A stretch of 63,731 nt of DNA, filler included, from Reticulomyxa filosa (taxonomy: Eukaryota; Protista; Foraminifera), in the NCBI GenBank assembly GCA_000512085.1. It is 24 parts of 24 records of this genome, joined end to end, with 100 filler letters (N's around TTAATTAATTAA, not from the genome) between each part and the next. Parts side by side here need not be neighbours in the genome. Positions count along the whole stretch, not along the records: positions 37,318 to 38,317 come from ASPP01045709.1; positions 38,418 to 40,380 come from ASPP01022698.1; positions 40,481 to 42,049 come from ASPP01006458.1; positions 42,150 to 43,285 come from ASPP01013130.1; positions 43,386 to 48,994 come from ASPP01007489.1; positions 49,095 to 54,249 come from ASPP01006685.1; 18 more parts are not named here. One strand, 5' to 3'. The first letter of the stretch is position 1. Each line of letters starts with the position of its first letter. Below, piece by piece: positions 37,860-51,077 of this stretch. A program made the position numbers and the translations under genes. The notes under the pieces are model-generated. The model saw only the letters and a list, made by a program, of their open reading frames with translations, searched no databases and was not told where the DNA came from.

Positions 37860-38317
37860 CTACCCCCAAATACGAACAGGGCCATTGTCAGAGCCATAAC
37901 ATAGACTGATATTACTATTACTTTTGGTTTTCTTCTTTGACTCTAAAAATTTAAGACATATTATTCCACGACTTTCTTTGATTACATACAATTCTTTCTT
38001 ATTTGATCGAATATCCCAAAAACGAATTGTATTATCCAATGATCCAGAACATATCACATTAGAAATACCACCAATTTCGCTATTATCTACTACAAATGGT
38101 GAATATCCAACAGACATTATACTATGTAAATGTCCATTAAATAATCGAATTTGTTGACCAGATCGAATATCCCATAAACGAACAGTTGTGTCTTGTGATC
38201 CAGATAATATCATATCTCTTAATTCACTTGATCCATACTTTACACTAAACACAAAACCATTATGTCCTTTGAATAAAATAAATTGTTTAGTTGTTTCAAT
38301 ATCCCATAAACGAATAC
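37860..38317 (-). CDS. WD40-repeat protein, C-terminal fragment
   Basis: SGSQDTTVRLWD, GH...SVGYSP, SGSLDNTIRFWD, ending LCYGSDNGPVRIWG*. Paralog of 53126-53473. Confidence 0.93.
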
Positions 38318-38417
38318 NNNNNNNNNNNNNNNNNNNNNNNNNNNNNNNNNNNNNNNNNNNNTTAATTAATTAANNNNNNNNNNNNNNNNNNNNNNNNNNN
38401 NNNNNNNNNNNNNNNNN

Positions 38418-40260
38418 CAATTTGAGTGGATTCGAGTCGACGTGGTTTTAAATTGTGAATCGCATAGTGACTTTGGCGTACTCAAAAATCGCTGAACCAT
38501 GGCATCAAGAACGAATAGTCCAATAGTGAAAAAGAAAATACGAGTGGTATATTCTATCATTAAATCACCAATTCGAATATTGTCGAATGAGCACGTGAGG
38601 ATGGATGCAGAAATTTTTAATCACAGCCATTATCCAACGCCAAAGTGTATCCATCATTACAAGGACGACAGAGTGGATGAATTTCGTATTTAGAAAATAC
38701 CCAATCATATGAGGCATGGAATAATTTTAAAAAATTGTCCAGTTCAATCGTGAACAACATTATTTTTGGTAAGCTTGCTTTCGTAGTCTGGCAGCACCAA
38801 GATCCAGACAGAAAGACGTTGCGCAAAAGAAAAGCGATATCGGCATCACGATTGGATGGATCGAAGAAATTGAAGACAAAGAAAGAGAAAACAATCAAAT
38901 AAGCCATCTCGAAACAATTTTCCGATGTTGTGACTCCAATTTGGTGGGCTCGGTTTGCGATACTCAAGTCAAGATCATTGGCAAATAAGAAGTGAAGAAG
39001 ATTAGAAAAAGATGAGTCAAGGCCATATCGTCGTTGGATTTGTTTTTTTTAAAAAAAATCATTTGCCGACGTTATTTTGATAATGGATTGGCTCTGTCAC
39101 GCCCACATTAGCGATTTTGCGCATCTTAACATGGACTAATTTCACATAGTGTATCTCTCAATGGAAGCTACTTGATAAGTGTGATAATGCCAAGTACAGT
39201 CCAATGATAACGACAACATTAACGCAGTCCATGTTCCTTCTATTATTTGTCAATGATTCAATACATCGGACTGGTGTTCTAATATTTGGTCCACTGCTGT
39301 TGGAGTCGCAGAAGAGAGGTAATGTTGTTGCAACATTTATTACAAAAAGCAACAAGCTGTGCCAATCGATAAATGGATCGACGATTCAAAAGTCGCTCCA
39401 TCATTTGCCAAACGAAATAAAAGCTTGGATATTTGCAATGCGTTTGTGGCTCTGGTCCATGCTGAGTGCAATATTTTATGTCAGCAGTCGAGCCCCTCTA
39501 AGTCATAGCTCAATTGTTCCAAATAACGGAGTAATTGATTGAAGCATTATCGTTGAAACCAACGCGTGCATTCTAAAACAAGAGTCCAAGGTATTTTGTT
39601 GGTAATTTGTGCGCCTATCTCTTTCATGTGATCTAGATACTATAATTCGTGATTGGATCCATTGCCTGAAAAGTTTTTGTTTTATGTGTATATATTTAAT
39701 ATAAAACATCTTTATAACGTATATTTATTATTTATTTATATATGTATTATGTGTTGCTTGAACTTTGAATATATCTTTAAGGTGTGCAAATGGAAATGGG
39801 AAGTTGTTGTCAATATCTCCATTGGTACTGAAGTGAATCCCCAGCAGTAATGGTAATTGTAATAGCGACTGTTCATCGATTATGGATCATGATGTTATTC
39901 TTTGAATAACGTATAATTTGGAAAAAAAAATTAAGTGTCCATATTCGTGTACTGTGCTCATGATTGATTGAAAATGGTGAGCTGCGCAACCTGTATTCCA
40001 AGTTATAATATTTTTTTATAATGTGATTGTAAAAGTATTTAAAACATGTATGATGGATACACACGTATATAACATAGGTCCCAAAGAATACAACACATAT
40101 CAATCGAACATTGAAAAGTGGTTGCGGTGCCAGCAAGCAAGTTGGAATAAAGTCAAATAATGCCAAGTTTTGGCATGTCCGATTGCAAGTATTGATACTT
40201 GCCTCAAATGTTGTTTGTTTGTCCGTTGGAAGTTCTTTTGATTTTTTTTTAAATAACAAC
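38418..40260 (+). pseudogene. Second copy of the degenerate family seen at 1-2230
   Basis: Shared remnants, e.g. QSINGSTIQKSLHHL.NE.KAWI.AM vs QSIIGSTIQKSLHYL.SE.KAWILAM, and FEASINTCNR vs FEASVNTCNR. Colinear in the opposite orientation. Confidence 0.75.
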
Positions 40261-40514
40261 GTTAATGTCTCTCCAGCTCACCTAATTTCTTTCGCATCAA
40301 ATCATATCAATTGTAAAAAATTTCTGAATTTTCGTTTTCACTTTTGCCTTGAAAAAACTGATAATTGGAATTAGTTGCACNNNNNNNNNNNNNNNNNNNN
40401 NNNNNNNNNNNNNNNNNNNNNNNNTTAATTAATTAANNNNNNNNNNNNNNNNNNNNNNNNNNNNNNNNNNNNNNNNNNNNTTTTTTTTTTTTTTTAAAAA
40501 AAAAAAAAATTTAG

Positions 40515-40921
40515 GGAAGCTATCTGAATCCACGCCGCTCAATGCGACAGCGAAAAATCGAGATTGGGCTCTTCACAGTACAACCAATCGAGCTACAGTA
40601 ATAACATTTGTGAGTTCGTTAAGCTTATGGATATTCGTTTTTGTCGGAGACCTGATTTGGGCCGACTTGTCTTGGTTCATTCCCTTGGACTGTGTCGTTT
40701 GTAGCATTTGCTCATTTTGTATGTTCAAATTTGGGAGCGATGTGTACACCAAGTGCTGTTGGCCTTGGTCATTGTGTTTTTATCGTCTCAGCCAAAAACA
40801 GCTCTATGATCATGCCTTGATCAAAGGCATTCTGCTGACACATCACACTGCTTCTCCTTCTCCAAACTCGCCAATTTCTGTTGACAATTCGAGTAAGCCA
40901 TCAAAATCACAGGACGTATGA
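40515..40921 (+). CDS. C-terminal exon of a multi-pass (7TM/GPCR-like) membrane protein
   Basis: AG acceptor at 40513-40514, two TM segments, and PLDCVVCSICSFCMFKF...YTKCC resembling TM7/helix 8. Family assignment is inference. Confidence 0.6.
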
Positions 40922-41668
40922 AACACTTTTTTAGGTCTATTAAAAGAGTGTTCATTTCCTTTTCTTTTCTTTTTTTTTTTTCTCCCGTTTTTCGACTTTG
41001 GTGAATTTTAGATTAATATCCTTGCTCTTTCCAATTTGCATATCTATTTCCCTATACTTGCTCCTTTCTTCAAGTATCTTCTGCTCCTTCATGTACCTTT
41101 CATTTTTATTTCTGACTCTGCTTTCTGAAGAGATGTACCACCGATTTCGTACAAGCACACACTAGCCAGAACCGATGCGAGGATCTCACTTTCTTTTTTT
41201 TCTGTTACTTCTTTTTCACTTCATTGCTTATTATATTTATTCATTTTGTTTATTTGTTTTTGTTTTACAACATTTTTTTCATATGATGCACTTTTCACGG
41301 ATTAATCAGAAATAAACGTTACAACAGATGTCATTAGCTTTTACTTCAAGAAAAAAAGTATCTTTTTGACATGTCAAACGTTGAAACTGCTAATACCAAG
41401 TATATATGCAAGAGGCGTACTTTTCAAAAAGTTTAAACTTTTTCACTTATTATATACGACCTCTCCAAGAGTGAAAACGAAATTGCTCAAGTGAGAGTTG
41501 GGAAATAAACTCCATGTAACAGTAGCATATCCATAATATCACATCACTATTGAAGCTCTTGCATTTTTTGCAGAATAGCAAGTACTCAACAAACTAGTGA
41601 CGAAAAAAAATTACGCAGATATCCTTTTTTTTTTTAATTGAAGAATAGAATTGCACAAATAGTCAACC

Positions 41669-41963
41669 ATGTTTGTAGCAGCAACCACAATATTGTGCTT
41701 GTGGCTCGTTCTGTCAGTATACCTGATAAAACAAATGTATCATTTTTTTTATGTCCAAGATGGAGCTATCGTGAAGCCACGAAACCCGGTCTTAACATTA
41801 ATATTTTGTGGACTTGTGCTCCTTCGAACAATTGCAGTAGTATCAATCGTCATTTTATCTTACCTAAAAATAGGAGATAACTATGTGTTACAAATGAGCC
41901 TGCCTTGGCAAAATGCAGTATTTGACTTATTTGGAATTGTGTTAACACAAATATTTTTAGCAA
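41669..41963 (+). CDS. N-terminal exon of a multi-pass membrane protein (7TM-like)
   Basis: Three hydrophobic segments with an IVKPRNP loop; ends at the FLAR/GTAC donor. Confidence 0.55.
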
Positions 41964-42149
41964 GGTACAAAATGTGTCATTTATTCCAAAAAAAAAAAAA
42001 AAGAAAGCTATTATGACAGCAAACACCCAATCAAAAAAAAAAAAAAAAANNNNNNNNNNNNNNNNNNNNNNNNNNNNNNNNNNNNNNNNNNNNTTAATTA
42101 ATTAANNNNNNNNNNNNNNNNNNNNNNNNNNNNNNNNNNNNNNNNNNNN

Positions 42150-42192
<43 letters not shown>

Positions 42193-42800
42193 GAAAGGGA
42201 AAGACTTGTTGTTGCTTTCGGAAGATGGAAACGAAGAACAGAAGAAATTGCAGTGCACTATTTACATTGGTAATTTAAATCCGGCGACTCAAGAACACCA
42301 TTTGCGAGATTTTTTACGACCTGTTGGACACATAAAGCATTTTAAATTTGCTGGCACTCAAGTTTTAAAAACTCCATCTCCTTTCATCATATAATTGGGC
42401 ACATTTACAGTCGACATTGCTCGATTTTTCTTTTGTTTTGAAACGCACAAACGGAAAAAGGGATGCCCTGTTTTTTTTTTTTGTGTTTGCTTGTTTAGGA
42501 AGTGAGATACGCATTTGTGGAATTTGACGACATTGAGCCAGCCCAAATCGCGCTAAGTTTAAATGGGCAAATGTTGTTAGATCGTTTGGTCAAGATATGC
42601 CCTGCTAGTACTCCTATTCGCTATCCTGACACTCCCAAATGGAGTGTTCCAGAAATTGTTTTGTTTTTTTTTTTTTTTTGTTTTGTTTTGAATTTGTGTT
42701 ATTTGTTTGTTCTGGTCTTTTTAACATATTACAGACAGCAGCAGATCCACTGGCGAAAGTAAAGTCAATTGCACAGCAGCTACAGTCGAAATACAAGTTT
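42150..42800 (+). CDS. RRM-domain RNA-binding protein fragment preceded by a (CAA)n tract
   Basis: RNP2 TIYIGNL and RNP1 RYAFVEF, followed by ALSLNGQMLLDRLVKI. Confidence 0.85.
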
Positions 42801-43483
42801 GGTGTGCATATCCATTATTTAGTGTGTTGAATGAAAAAGGGAAATGGGGAGGGAGACGGAGCGAGTAGAAATAAAAAATAAATAAAAAAAAAAACTGTTG
42901 CTATTTTTGAGAATATAATAAGTAATAAAACAAAGAGGTAAACTGGAGCAGTTTCCCTCTTTGCTGTCATTTTTTTTTCTCTTTTTTGCTTTCCCTACTG
43001 CGTCATACCTCCATTTTCTAATGAAAGTGAGAGATGTTTTTAAACTTCATCTACGAATTTGAAGAATGAAGGTCAAGGAAAAAAAAAAAAAACAAGTTTT
43101 TTGTTGTTTCATTTTCTGCTTGCGAAATGTGTGCACTTTTTTTTTGACAATTAATAGACGCAGTGCAATTCGGTTACTGCTGACAAAATCATTTGGGTTT
43201 ATTTTTGATTGATAATAACACAATGTTTGTATTCACCAAAACAAAAGGAAAAAAAAAAAAAAAAAAAAAAACAGATCGTAAAAAANNNNNNNNNNNNNNN
43301 NNNNNNNNNNNNNNNNNNNNNNNNNNNNNTTAATTAATTAANNNNNNNNNNNNNNNNNNNNNNNNNNNNNNNNNNNNNNNNNNNNTTTTTTTTTTTTTTT
43401 TGCTTATTCATTTGAAAATTTATTTATTGCATGTACGTATACATACGCACATAATGTTAACAAAAAAAAAAAAAAAAAAAAAG

Positions 43484-46400
43484 ATCAGCGACGTTGAGCA
43501 AATGTGTAGACAACCATTGCGAAATCTTTTCCAACGAATTGAACAAAAGTAAGGCTGCTCTACCACATCGCCAAGGCATTCAATGGACGTTCTGTGGACA
43601 CGCAGTGCATTTTTATTGCTATGTCACCTATGTGAACCAACTGCATGAAAAAGACGTCAACGAAGAGTATTACCTTGGCAAGTCCACTTTGCGTTTGTCT
43701 CATGGCGAATTTGTGTGTCCCTATTGCAAGGTTGGATCATTGCTACACTTTTCTTTTTTTATTTGTTTTTTTTTAAAAAAAAATTATTAATATTGATAAT
43801 AATAATAATAATAAATAAAACAAAACCTGTTTGTTTGTTGATTCGTTTGAATAGAGCCTGTCAAATATTTTGGTACCACTTCAACCCGTGTATCAAAATG
43901 ATCATTTAGCAGAGAGACCATTGCAGGTCTGCGGTGAAATGGGTATTCTCGTTGCACAAGAAAACTTTTTCGAACATATCTCGCAATACACAACTTTCGC
44001 CCCCATTGCCTCGATTAATAATCAACACATTTCAAAAGATGGTCCCAAATTATTCATACCACATATATACAATAATATATATATATTATATACATACAGA
44101 GCTTTTTATTATTTGAAATCCTTGAATTTGAATGCTTGACACAATAGAACACATGTCCGACCACTCGGTTGAGGACGAAAAGGAGCTGAAGACGTTGCTG
44201 TCGAACCAAATAACAAGCAAGCATCAACACGTGGTGAAAGACTTTTCTTCGCGCATGAACGCGTTGTCGTATTACTTGAACGAGGAAGAATCGGACGCAA
44301 AAGAGTTTAGATGGACGGCCAAACGCAACATGAGCAAGGAGACGCAAAATAATCTGCTCCCAATTGTGTTGTGCGAGGTGTTGAGCTACAACATCAGTTC
44401 CTTGGAAACCCGTTTCCGCAGTTATTCTCGCCAGGAAATTTCCGACAAGTTACCGAGGGCGTTGCAGTTGAACAACACTGTCATTTCCAATTTGTGGAGA
44501 ATGTTCCATTTGCATTGTCTACAACAAAAATTCACTACCCTCTCGGCCAAAGGGCATGGACGCTTTTTCAAATGGGCAAACCTTTTCAACTTTTTCAAAA
44601 GTTGTTTTTATTTTTTATTTTATGCAAAGGGGGAATGGAGGAGGGAGGAGGGAGGGAAACAACTTATTGTATGTTGAGTTATAGACATGTTTGCTTGTTT
44701 GTTTATTTGTGGGTTAAGAAACTCCCAGCAATGATACCATAGAGATATTTTCCGACAAAGGAATGGAATTGCTTTATCGCCATTGCTGGTGCCACTTGGC
44801 AAAGCTTTTTGGTAGTCCATCACACGAACAAAAAAACAAGAAAAAGAAGTCGCTGTTGTAACACAAACACACACGCCATCGCCCATTCACGATTCGGCAA
44901 CAACCACAGTCCCCACTTCTCACAAGACATTGAAACGAAAAAGACTCTCTTCATTTGTATGTGTACTTATCTTATATACGTATATAAGTACATATACATA
45001 TATATATGTAATCTGTTTAAACCCAAATTCAAAGAATATAGTGTGCTTGTAACAAACGATGTCTGTTTTGTTATGTGAATGCAGATAAATGAGAGCACGG
45101 GCAATGAAACGAAGGAAACAGAGGAATATTCCACCGTTTCTCCCCCTTTAAAAAAGAGGAAAGTTCAATCCAATAAAGTACGTCTCCGCAATGGTTCTAC
45201 TTCTCCGTTTATTCGTTTTTATATTTTTGTGTTGTGTTGTTGTTTTTTTTAAAAAAAAAAAAGGAAAGAAGAAAGAAATACAAGTAGAAAAGAAGAAGAA
45301 GAAGAAGAAGAAGAAGAAAAAGACAAAAATCCAATCGCCAATGAGGAGGAACTGGCAAAGACACAAGAGCCATTCAATATTGTCGTCCGAGCATTGCTCA
45401 CTCACCCGGACATATTTGTGCTGACTAAAAAGGCATCCTCTTCCAATACCCGGTCAGAAACAGCGACGGAGGAGGCATTGCAAAAGCTTGACAACGTATC
45501 TGTTTCGGCGTCGGAAACCACTGTGAATGAAATGTATCATGTTCTACTGAGTTGCTATGTGTGGAAGATGTTGCAAGTGCTCATTAGCAGTGTGTTGGCC
45601 AGGGGTCCATCGCCTTCTTTCCACAAACCTGTCTATCATCATTTGATCCAAGCATTTCACACACTCACTGCCTCGCAACCCAATCTCGATCATTTATCTT
45701 CTCACGTCCTTCCATTCTTGCGAAAATGCTATATCTTATTTCATTCCTGTGGAATGGTATGTTTTTTTTTCTCTCCCCTACACACTTGCTTTTTGTTTGT
45801 TTGTTCATTTGTTGTTTTACAAAAAAAAAAAAAAAAACAAACAAAAAACAATGCAAATCAGATAACATTGGATAATGACGTGTTGTGGAGCAGCGTCCCT
45901 GCGGAAAAATCAGCTTTGGTCGATTCTCTGACCAAAGTGGACCACTTTTACGACCCTGTACAAGTTTTACAAGAGTGTGACAGCATTTGTGAAAAATTGT
46001 TTTTACCGACCTTAAAAGAATACATGACAGCACTGTTGGAAGAGGATCAGACCGAAATGCGAGAAATATCAGATGATCGGCCTGTTACCGACACTAAAAA
46101 AGAGTCGGTTTTGCTAGTGATGAGAGTTTATACTAAACGATATTTGGAACAGCTGAATGAAGGGGAATTAAAATATATCCTCTCCACTCATAGAACTGAC
46201 TCCATCCGTCCTGTTTTGTTGGCCACTCTGCCAACCCACTTTGACCCAATTCTTAAAGTTTTGCTTTTTCTTGTTTATTTATTTGTTTGTTTGTTTTATT
46301 CTATGTATTTGTGTAATCTGCTGGTTCGCCAATCTTTGGATGCAGAAAGCATGCAAAGAAACCTGCCCAGGTGGAGTGATTCCGGAAAAGAGTGCAGTGT

Positions 46401-46738
46401 GCCTATTCTGCGGAAAATTCTTGTGCATTCGCTGTTGCCTTTCCAGAGGGAAAGGTGCTTTGACAGTACATTCAAAGTCCTGTGGCCAGGGTAAGGGATT
46501 GTTTCTACGATTGCAAACTTCTACTATCATATTGATGTATGAACACGCTGCGGCAGTGTTCAGCAGTCCCTATTTGGACAGTCACGGAGAAGAAGATCAT
46601 GAGTTGAAGAGGGGAAATTTACTGTCGTTGAACGATGTCCGCTTTTATGAATTGTGCAAGTTGGTTGCTGATGAAGGCATTCCTAACAAAGTTTGTGAAA
46701 TGAGACATGACAAGCATCAAGGCAGGAATTGGTTCTAA
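43484..46738 (+). CDS. UBR1/2/3-type N-recognin E3 ubiquitin ligase, C-terminal half, multi-exon
   Basis: RING-H2 remnant CGHAVHFYC...GEFVCPYCK. C-terminal domain AVCLFCG, HSKSCGQGKGLFL and SPYLDSHGEEDHELKRG. Confidence 0.93.
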
Positions 46739-47265
46739 ATTGTTGTATTTCATTTTCCCTCTGTTTTATTTTGTTTTTTATTGGCAAATTAATATACTTT
46801 TGAGCAATTGATCATTATTTAGAAGAAAAAAAAAAGGTGAGATATGCACTTTTCCTCATGCCTAAATTTTTTTTCGTACGATGCACAATAACTGCAATTT
46901 TCTCCCTCCCCCTTTGCCGGATAGCAACTACTATCAAAAACAAGAGCTTGTCCAACAAATCATTACTATTTTTAAAATTTTCTCTCAAACAAAGTTACTT
47001 TGAATTTGAGAGAACTTACATCCGAAATACTAATCCATAAATTGCTAATACCCTGTACAAAACGCTTGCACATTCATGAAACAACAAAACAAAGAAAAAA
47101 TTGAAGCTGAAAATATACCTACAATTGCTAACAGATATTCATTGCAAATAAAATTACAATTTAAAAATTTTTTTGTCCCCACAATAATGTCCATTTTACA
47201 ATCCTCCCTCCCGTCTCCTCCACACCTTTTTCTCAAAAAATTTTTTGTGTAAACAGCAAAATCGT

Positions 47266-48198
47266 TCACGAGTTTTTTCTTGGAAGAGAATAAATGACTT
47301 GATTGATTGAGTCAATCATCTTTGGAATGTCGTTAACTCCAGTTTTAATGTGGAAGTCAATGAGCTGAAACCAATCCAATTGTTTCATATAGTGCTCCTC
47401 AATGGGTTCAGTTTCGTCTCGAAATACCTTTAAACGTTTGACAATGGTTTCATAGTTATCATCCAGTCTTTGGGTCAGCGTTCCATCTTCACAATCATCA
47501 CAACGAGATAAATCACCATTCGTTGGTGCCATAGATGGCATGACAATCTCTCGTTTTTCGTCATTGATTGTACATAAATTATAATTGCGAGCACATTTGT
47601 TACATACTCGTCGACCCAATATTTTGGCGATTAGAATATCCTCTGGCAAGTTGATCTTTAAAATACAATCAAAACTTATCAATGCCGCTTGTTTTACCGT
47701 TCGAGGGAACCCATCCCATAATACCATTTTACAATTGGACACTTCGACAATGCTTGAGTATTCTTGGGATACCAAATTCACTACTATGTCGTCATCGACC
47801 ATACGGCCTGACGCAAGACAGTTCGATATGTGATGTGTTTGCGATTTCTCGGACGACACCGAGACTGTCTGATGAAATGCGCGAATTATATTCCCCGAAG
47901 ATATTATTGGAGCACTGAAATGCTTACTCAGCAAATTCCCGTAAATGCTTTTTCCACTTCCAGGAGGACCGAGTAATAAAATGTTGCGTATTTCATTCTT
48001 ATTGAACAAATTCGTCTGTTCTTGTAACTCCTCTGTCATTGCAAACTTTTGCTTCCTCTCATTTCCGTTTGTCTCCCAGAGACCTTTATTATTACACAAC
48101 CCTTTTGAAACAAGCCTACTTGAGGTATTGTTTCGACGGATTGCAAGTGTTCTTTGAAAGAATCCTGTTGAAAGCACGCAAGACTTATGTTTCAACAT
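47266..48198 (-). CDS. Adenylate kinase (long, Zn-binding LID type), probable mitochondrial presequence, intronless
   Basis: LLGPPGSGKS, WDGFPRT..QA, GRRVCNKC...CDDC...QRLDD. Basic, Ser-rich N-terminal extension. Confidence 0.93.
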   Translation of the reverse strand: MLKHKSCVLSTGFFQRTLAIRRNNTSSRLVSKGLCNNKGLWETNGNERKQKFAMTEELQEQTNLFNKNEIRNILLLGPPGSGKSIYGNLLSKHFSAPIISSGNIIRAFHQTVSVSSEKSQTHHISNCLASGRMVDDDIVVNLVSQEYSSIVEVSNCKMVLWDGFPRTVKQAALISFDCILKINLPEDILIAKILGRRVCNKCARNYNLCTINDEKREIVMPSMAPTNGDLSRCDDCEDGTLTQRLDDNYETIVKRLKVFRDETEPIEEHYMKQLDWFQLIDFHIKTGVNDIPKMIDSINQVIYSLPRKNS

Positions 48199-48463
48199 AG
48201 TCAAAGATCCTTTTAAGTAAGGAGACTTTTTTTCGGGAGAGGGGAGGAAAAAAGCTCAGCCAATTTTTTTTTTTGTAGTTGACCCCCCTTGTTTTGAAAA
48301 ATATAAACAAGTTTCAAAAAAAAAGATGTATTTGCTTTAAAATTGAATACAATTTCACATTTTTTTATTCACGAGCCGTAAAAGAAGCCGTTTTTCGAAA
48401 AAACTTTTTTCCCTTTTTAAATATTTTTATTAAAAAGCAAAAAAAAAAAAAGCAGAAAGCTGG

Positions 48464-48917
48464 ATGGCAAGTCCAACCACTGAAGAATTTTCAAGTGCTG
48501 CAGATGTGCAACCTTCGATAGTTTCAGCAAATGCTGACACAGAGGTGAAAAAGGAAGAATCGGCACAAAAAAAAACAGAGACGGAAGCAGCAGCAGTTGT
48601 CTATTGTTACACGGACACAGACAAGCCACTGACGGAAGAGCACTTGCAGCTATTGCGTCAACTGAAAGAATACGTGGACAATGTGATAAACCACCGCGAC
48701 AAATACGAGTGGAAATACGATAGAAACGAGAACATGTTATTCGAACTTCATAAAAAAAGTACCTCGCAATCGTGGGGTCCACGGGCGAAGAAGATGACAA
48801 AAAAGAGGAATCAATCGAACAGATATGCTTGAAGAAGTGGTTAGACCACATCCAAAAAGTGGACGAAAACATCTTTTCTGCCACCGATGAACATCGAAAT
48901 CCGTCCATTCCAGACCC
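48464..48917 (+). CDS. First exon of an unknown protein with an apparent frameshift at an A7 run
   Basis: The ORF from ATG 48464 continues in another frame after 48752-48758 (KYLAIVGSTGEEDDKKEESIEQICLKKWLDHIQK...) up to a GT donor followed by a T run. Confidence 0.6.
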
Positions 48918-49217
48918 AGTTCAGTTTTTTTTTTTTTTTTGAAAAAAAAAGGGGGGAAAATTTTTTTTTTTTGGAAATTTCTATATTTATAGTANNNNNN
49001 NNNNNNNNNNNNNNNNNNNNNNNNNNNNNNNNNNNNNNTTAATTAATTAANNNNNNNNNNNNNNNNNNNNNNNNNNNNNNNNNNNNNNNNNNNNTTTTCC
49101 CCCCCCCCCGCCGCCGCCATTGAATGCATGTACACATAATAACAACAACAAAAAAAGGGGCCTTTATATATATATATATAAAGATTTTCACAAAAAAAAA
49201 AAGCATTGAACGCAACT

Positions 49218-50360
49218 TCTTCTTTTTTCAACCAAGTCATCTGCAGTGCAAAACTGCACAATGTGCAAGAAGCGTAGGAGCCAGCACCAATATTGCGGAC
49301 GAATATCCCCAGTGGAGGAGTCAACAGCATGAGAGAGAAAGGCATAGCGATAGCGATGGTGATAGGAAGAGGAAGAGGAAGAGGAAGAGGAAGTAGATGC
49401 AAATGGAGTGACAAGAGTGAGATTAAAAAAGTGCTCCATTTGTTGAATGACTTTGGAAAAGGATAATTTTTTTTCGCGAAGCATGGCATTGAGAAACAGA
49501 CAAATGTGATCGACGGTGTAGAATTGGGTAAAGTACTTGCGATCCAAATCGACCTTCCAATGAAAAGGCAGTCCCCAGCTGCGAATGTTCGTGTCATCGA
49601 TTGGGTCGACGCCGATGGTGTCACTCAGCTCGTTGTTCATTAAGGCAATGGAGTGGATATTATTAGTGGCTTGAAAGGTCTTGTACAGCTCCTCCACTAG
49701 CAGACGTCGATATTCTTTCAGCATGCGCAAGATCGAGTTTTCCACACTCTGTTGTTCGATCACTTGCGACAGATTATTGGTCACGAGTCCATATGCCGAT
49801 TGAATCCCGATTTCTTTTTGCACGTTGCAAACGTTCCCATGTGCTGCCAATAGTAATAATATTCCACTGGGATCATATGATGATGATGATGATGATAATG
49901 ATGATGATGATAATGATAATGATAATGATTGCTCCATTAATAACTTTGTAATCACACGCAATCGATTCTTAGTCTTCACACTCACACTCGGATTACTCTC
50001 TGCATACTCGATCACTGTCGCCAACTTCTTTCTTGTACTCGCTTCGTCAGTCAATGCTCTTGTCGTGTCTCCATATCCTGCCCACATCTCCAACTGCTCA
50101 CTTGTCACTTTTATGCTGTCGTATATCTTCAACAACTTCTCACTATTGTGCTCTTCCGTCACCTCCAACAACTCACTCCATTCTTCTGTCGCTTTGTCCA
50201 AGTGGCTCAGGTCTAACTCATACTTTGCCGTCTCAAACTCTGTAAAGTCAAACTTTTCCGAGTCACAAGCATCTTCCACCACCACCACCAAGGTTGGAGA
50301 TAACACTACGGGCAAGGAGGAAGAGTGAACTGAGGCTTCGGAATTAATCAGTACTTCCAT
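49218..50360 (-). CDS. Helical protein of unknown function, 3'-truncated
   Basis: About 380-codon open frame with Ser tracts and a LAAHGNVCNVQKE motif. Confidence 0.8.
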
Positions 50361-51077
50361 GCCTTTCTTCAGATTGTAGTAAAATTTTTTTTTTTTTTTT
50401 TTTTTTAGTAGGTCCAACCGCACAAAATTAATTTGATAATTTTTTACTTTGTCTTAAAGTTTTACAAAAAAATTGCAATCTTTGCCAAATGTCGCTGTTA
50501 AGTATCATATACAGTTCGCAAAATTGCATTGTCTTCTTTTTTTTTAATACAATTTTTTTTTTTTAAGACAGTGAAGGCTAAAAATAAAAACACTTCCAAG
50601 TTAAAAAAAAATAAACAACTAGCCAAAGAATTTAACACCACTTCACAAAAAACAAAAACAAAGAAAAGCATCAATATTTTCAACATTACAGCCATGCAGC
50701 ACAAAGTGATACAGCCAAACGAAAAGGAATTGATTTAGAAATTGACAGAAAACGTTCGTCGGGGTCGTTGCAACTTTGTGTTATTGAATCCTTTCATTGA
50801 CCTAGTTTTGAAAAAGATTTTTACTTAAAGATAGACACTTTGCATATGATGTTCGACAACCAAACTTGTACTCTTACTTCAACTAACAACGTATAAAATC
50901 AGTATTCTAAACTTTGAAAAAAAGCCAAAAGAAATAAAAATGCTGAAAAAATATAATCCATTTAATCTCAATTATGCAAAGATATGCAAGATTCTCAGTA
51001 AATGACTTAGTAGGTGGCACTATTTTCCACTCTAATTTAAGAAAAAAAACTTGAAAAAATTATATTTGGGATTAATC

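Noticed and set aside
25635-48198. Functional clustering, e.g. two adenylate kinases, or an operon-like system
   Set aside because: The genes are on different contigs, so their order in this window is arbitrary.
48752-48758. Programmed ribosomal frameshift at A7
   Set aside because: Homopolymer-length sequencing error is the simpler explanation in an assembly whose contigs often break at homopolymers.
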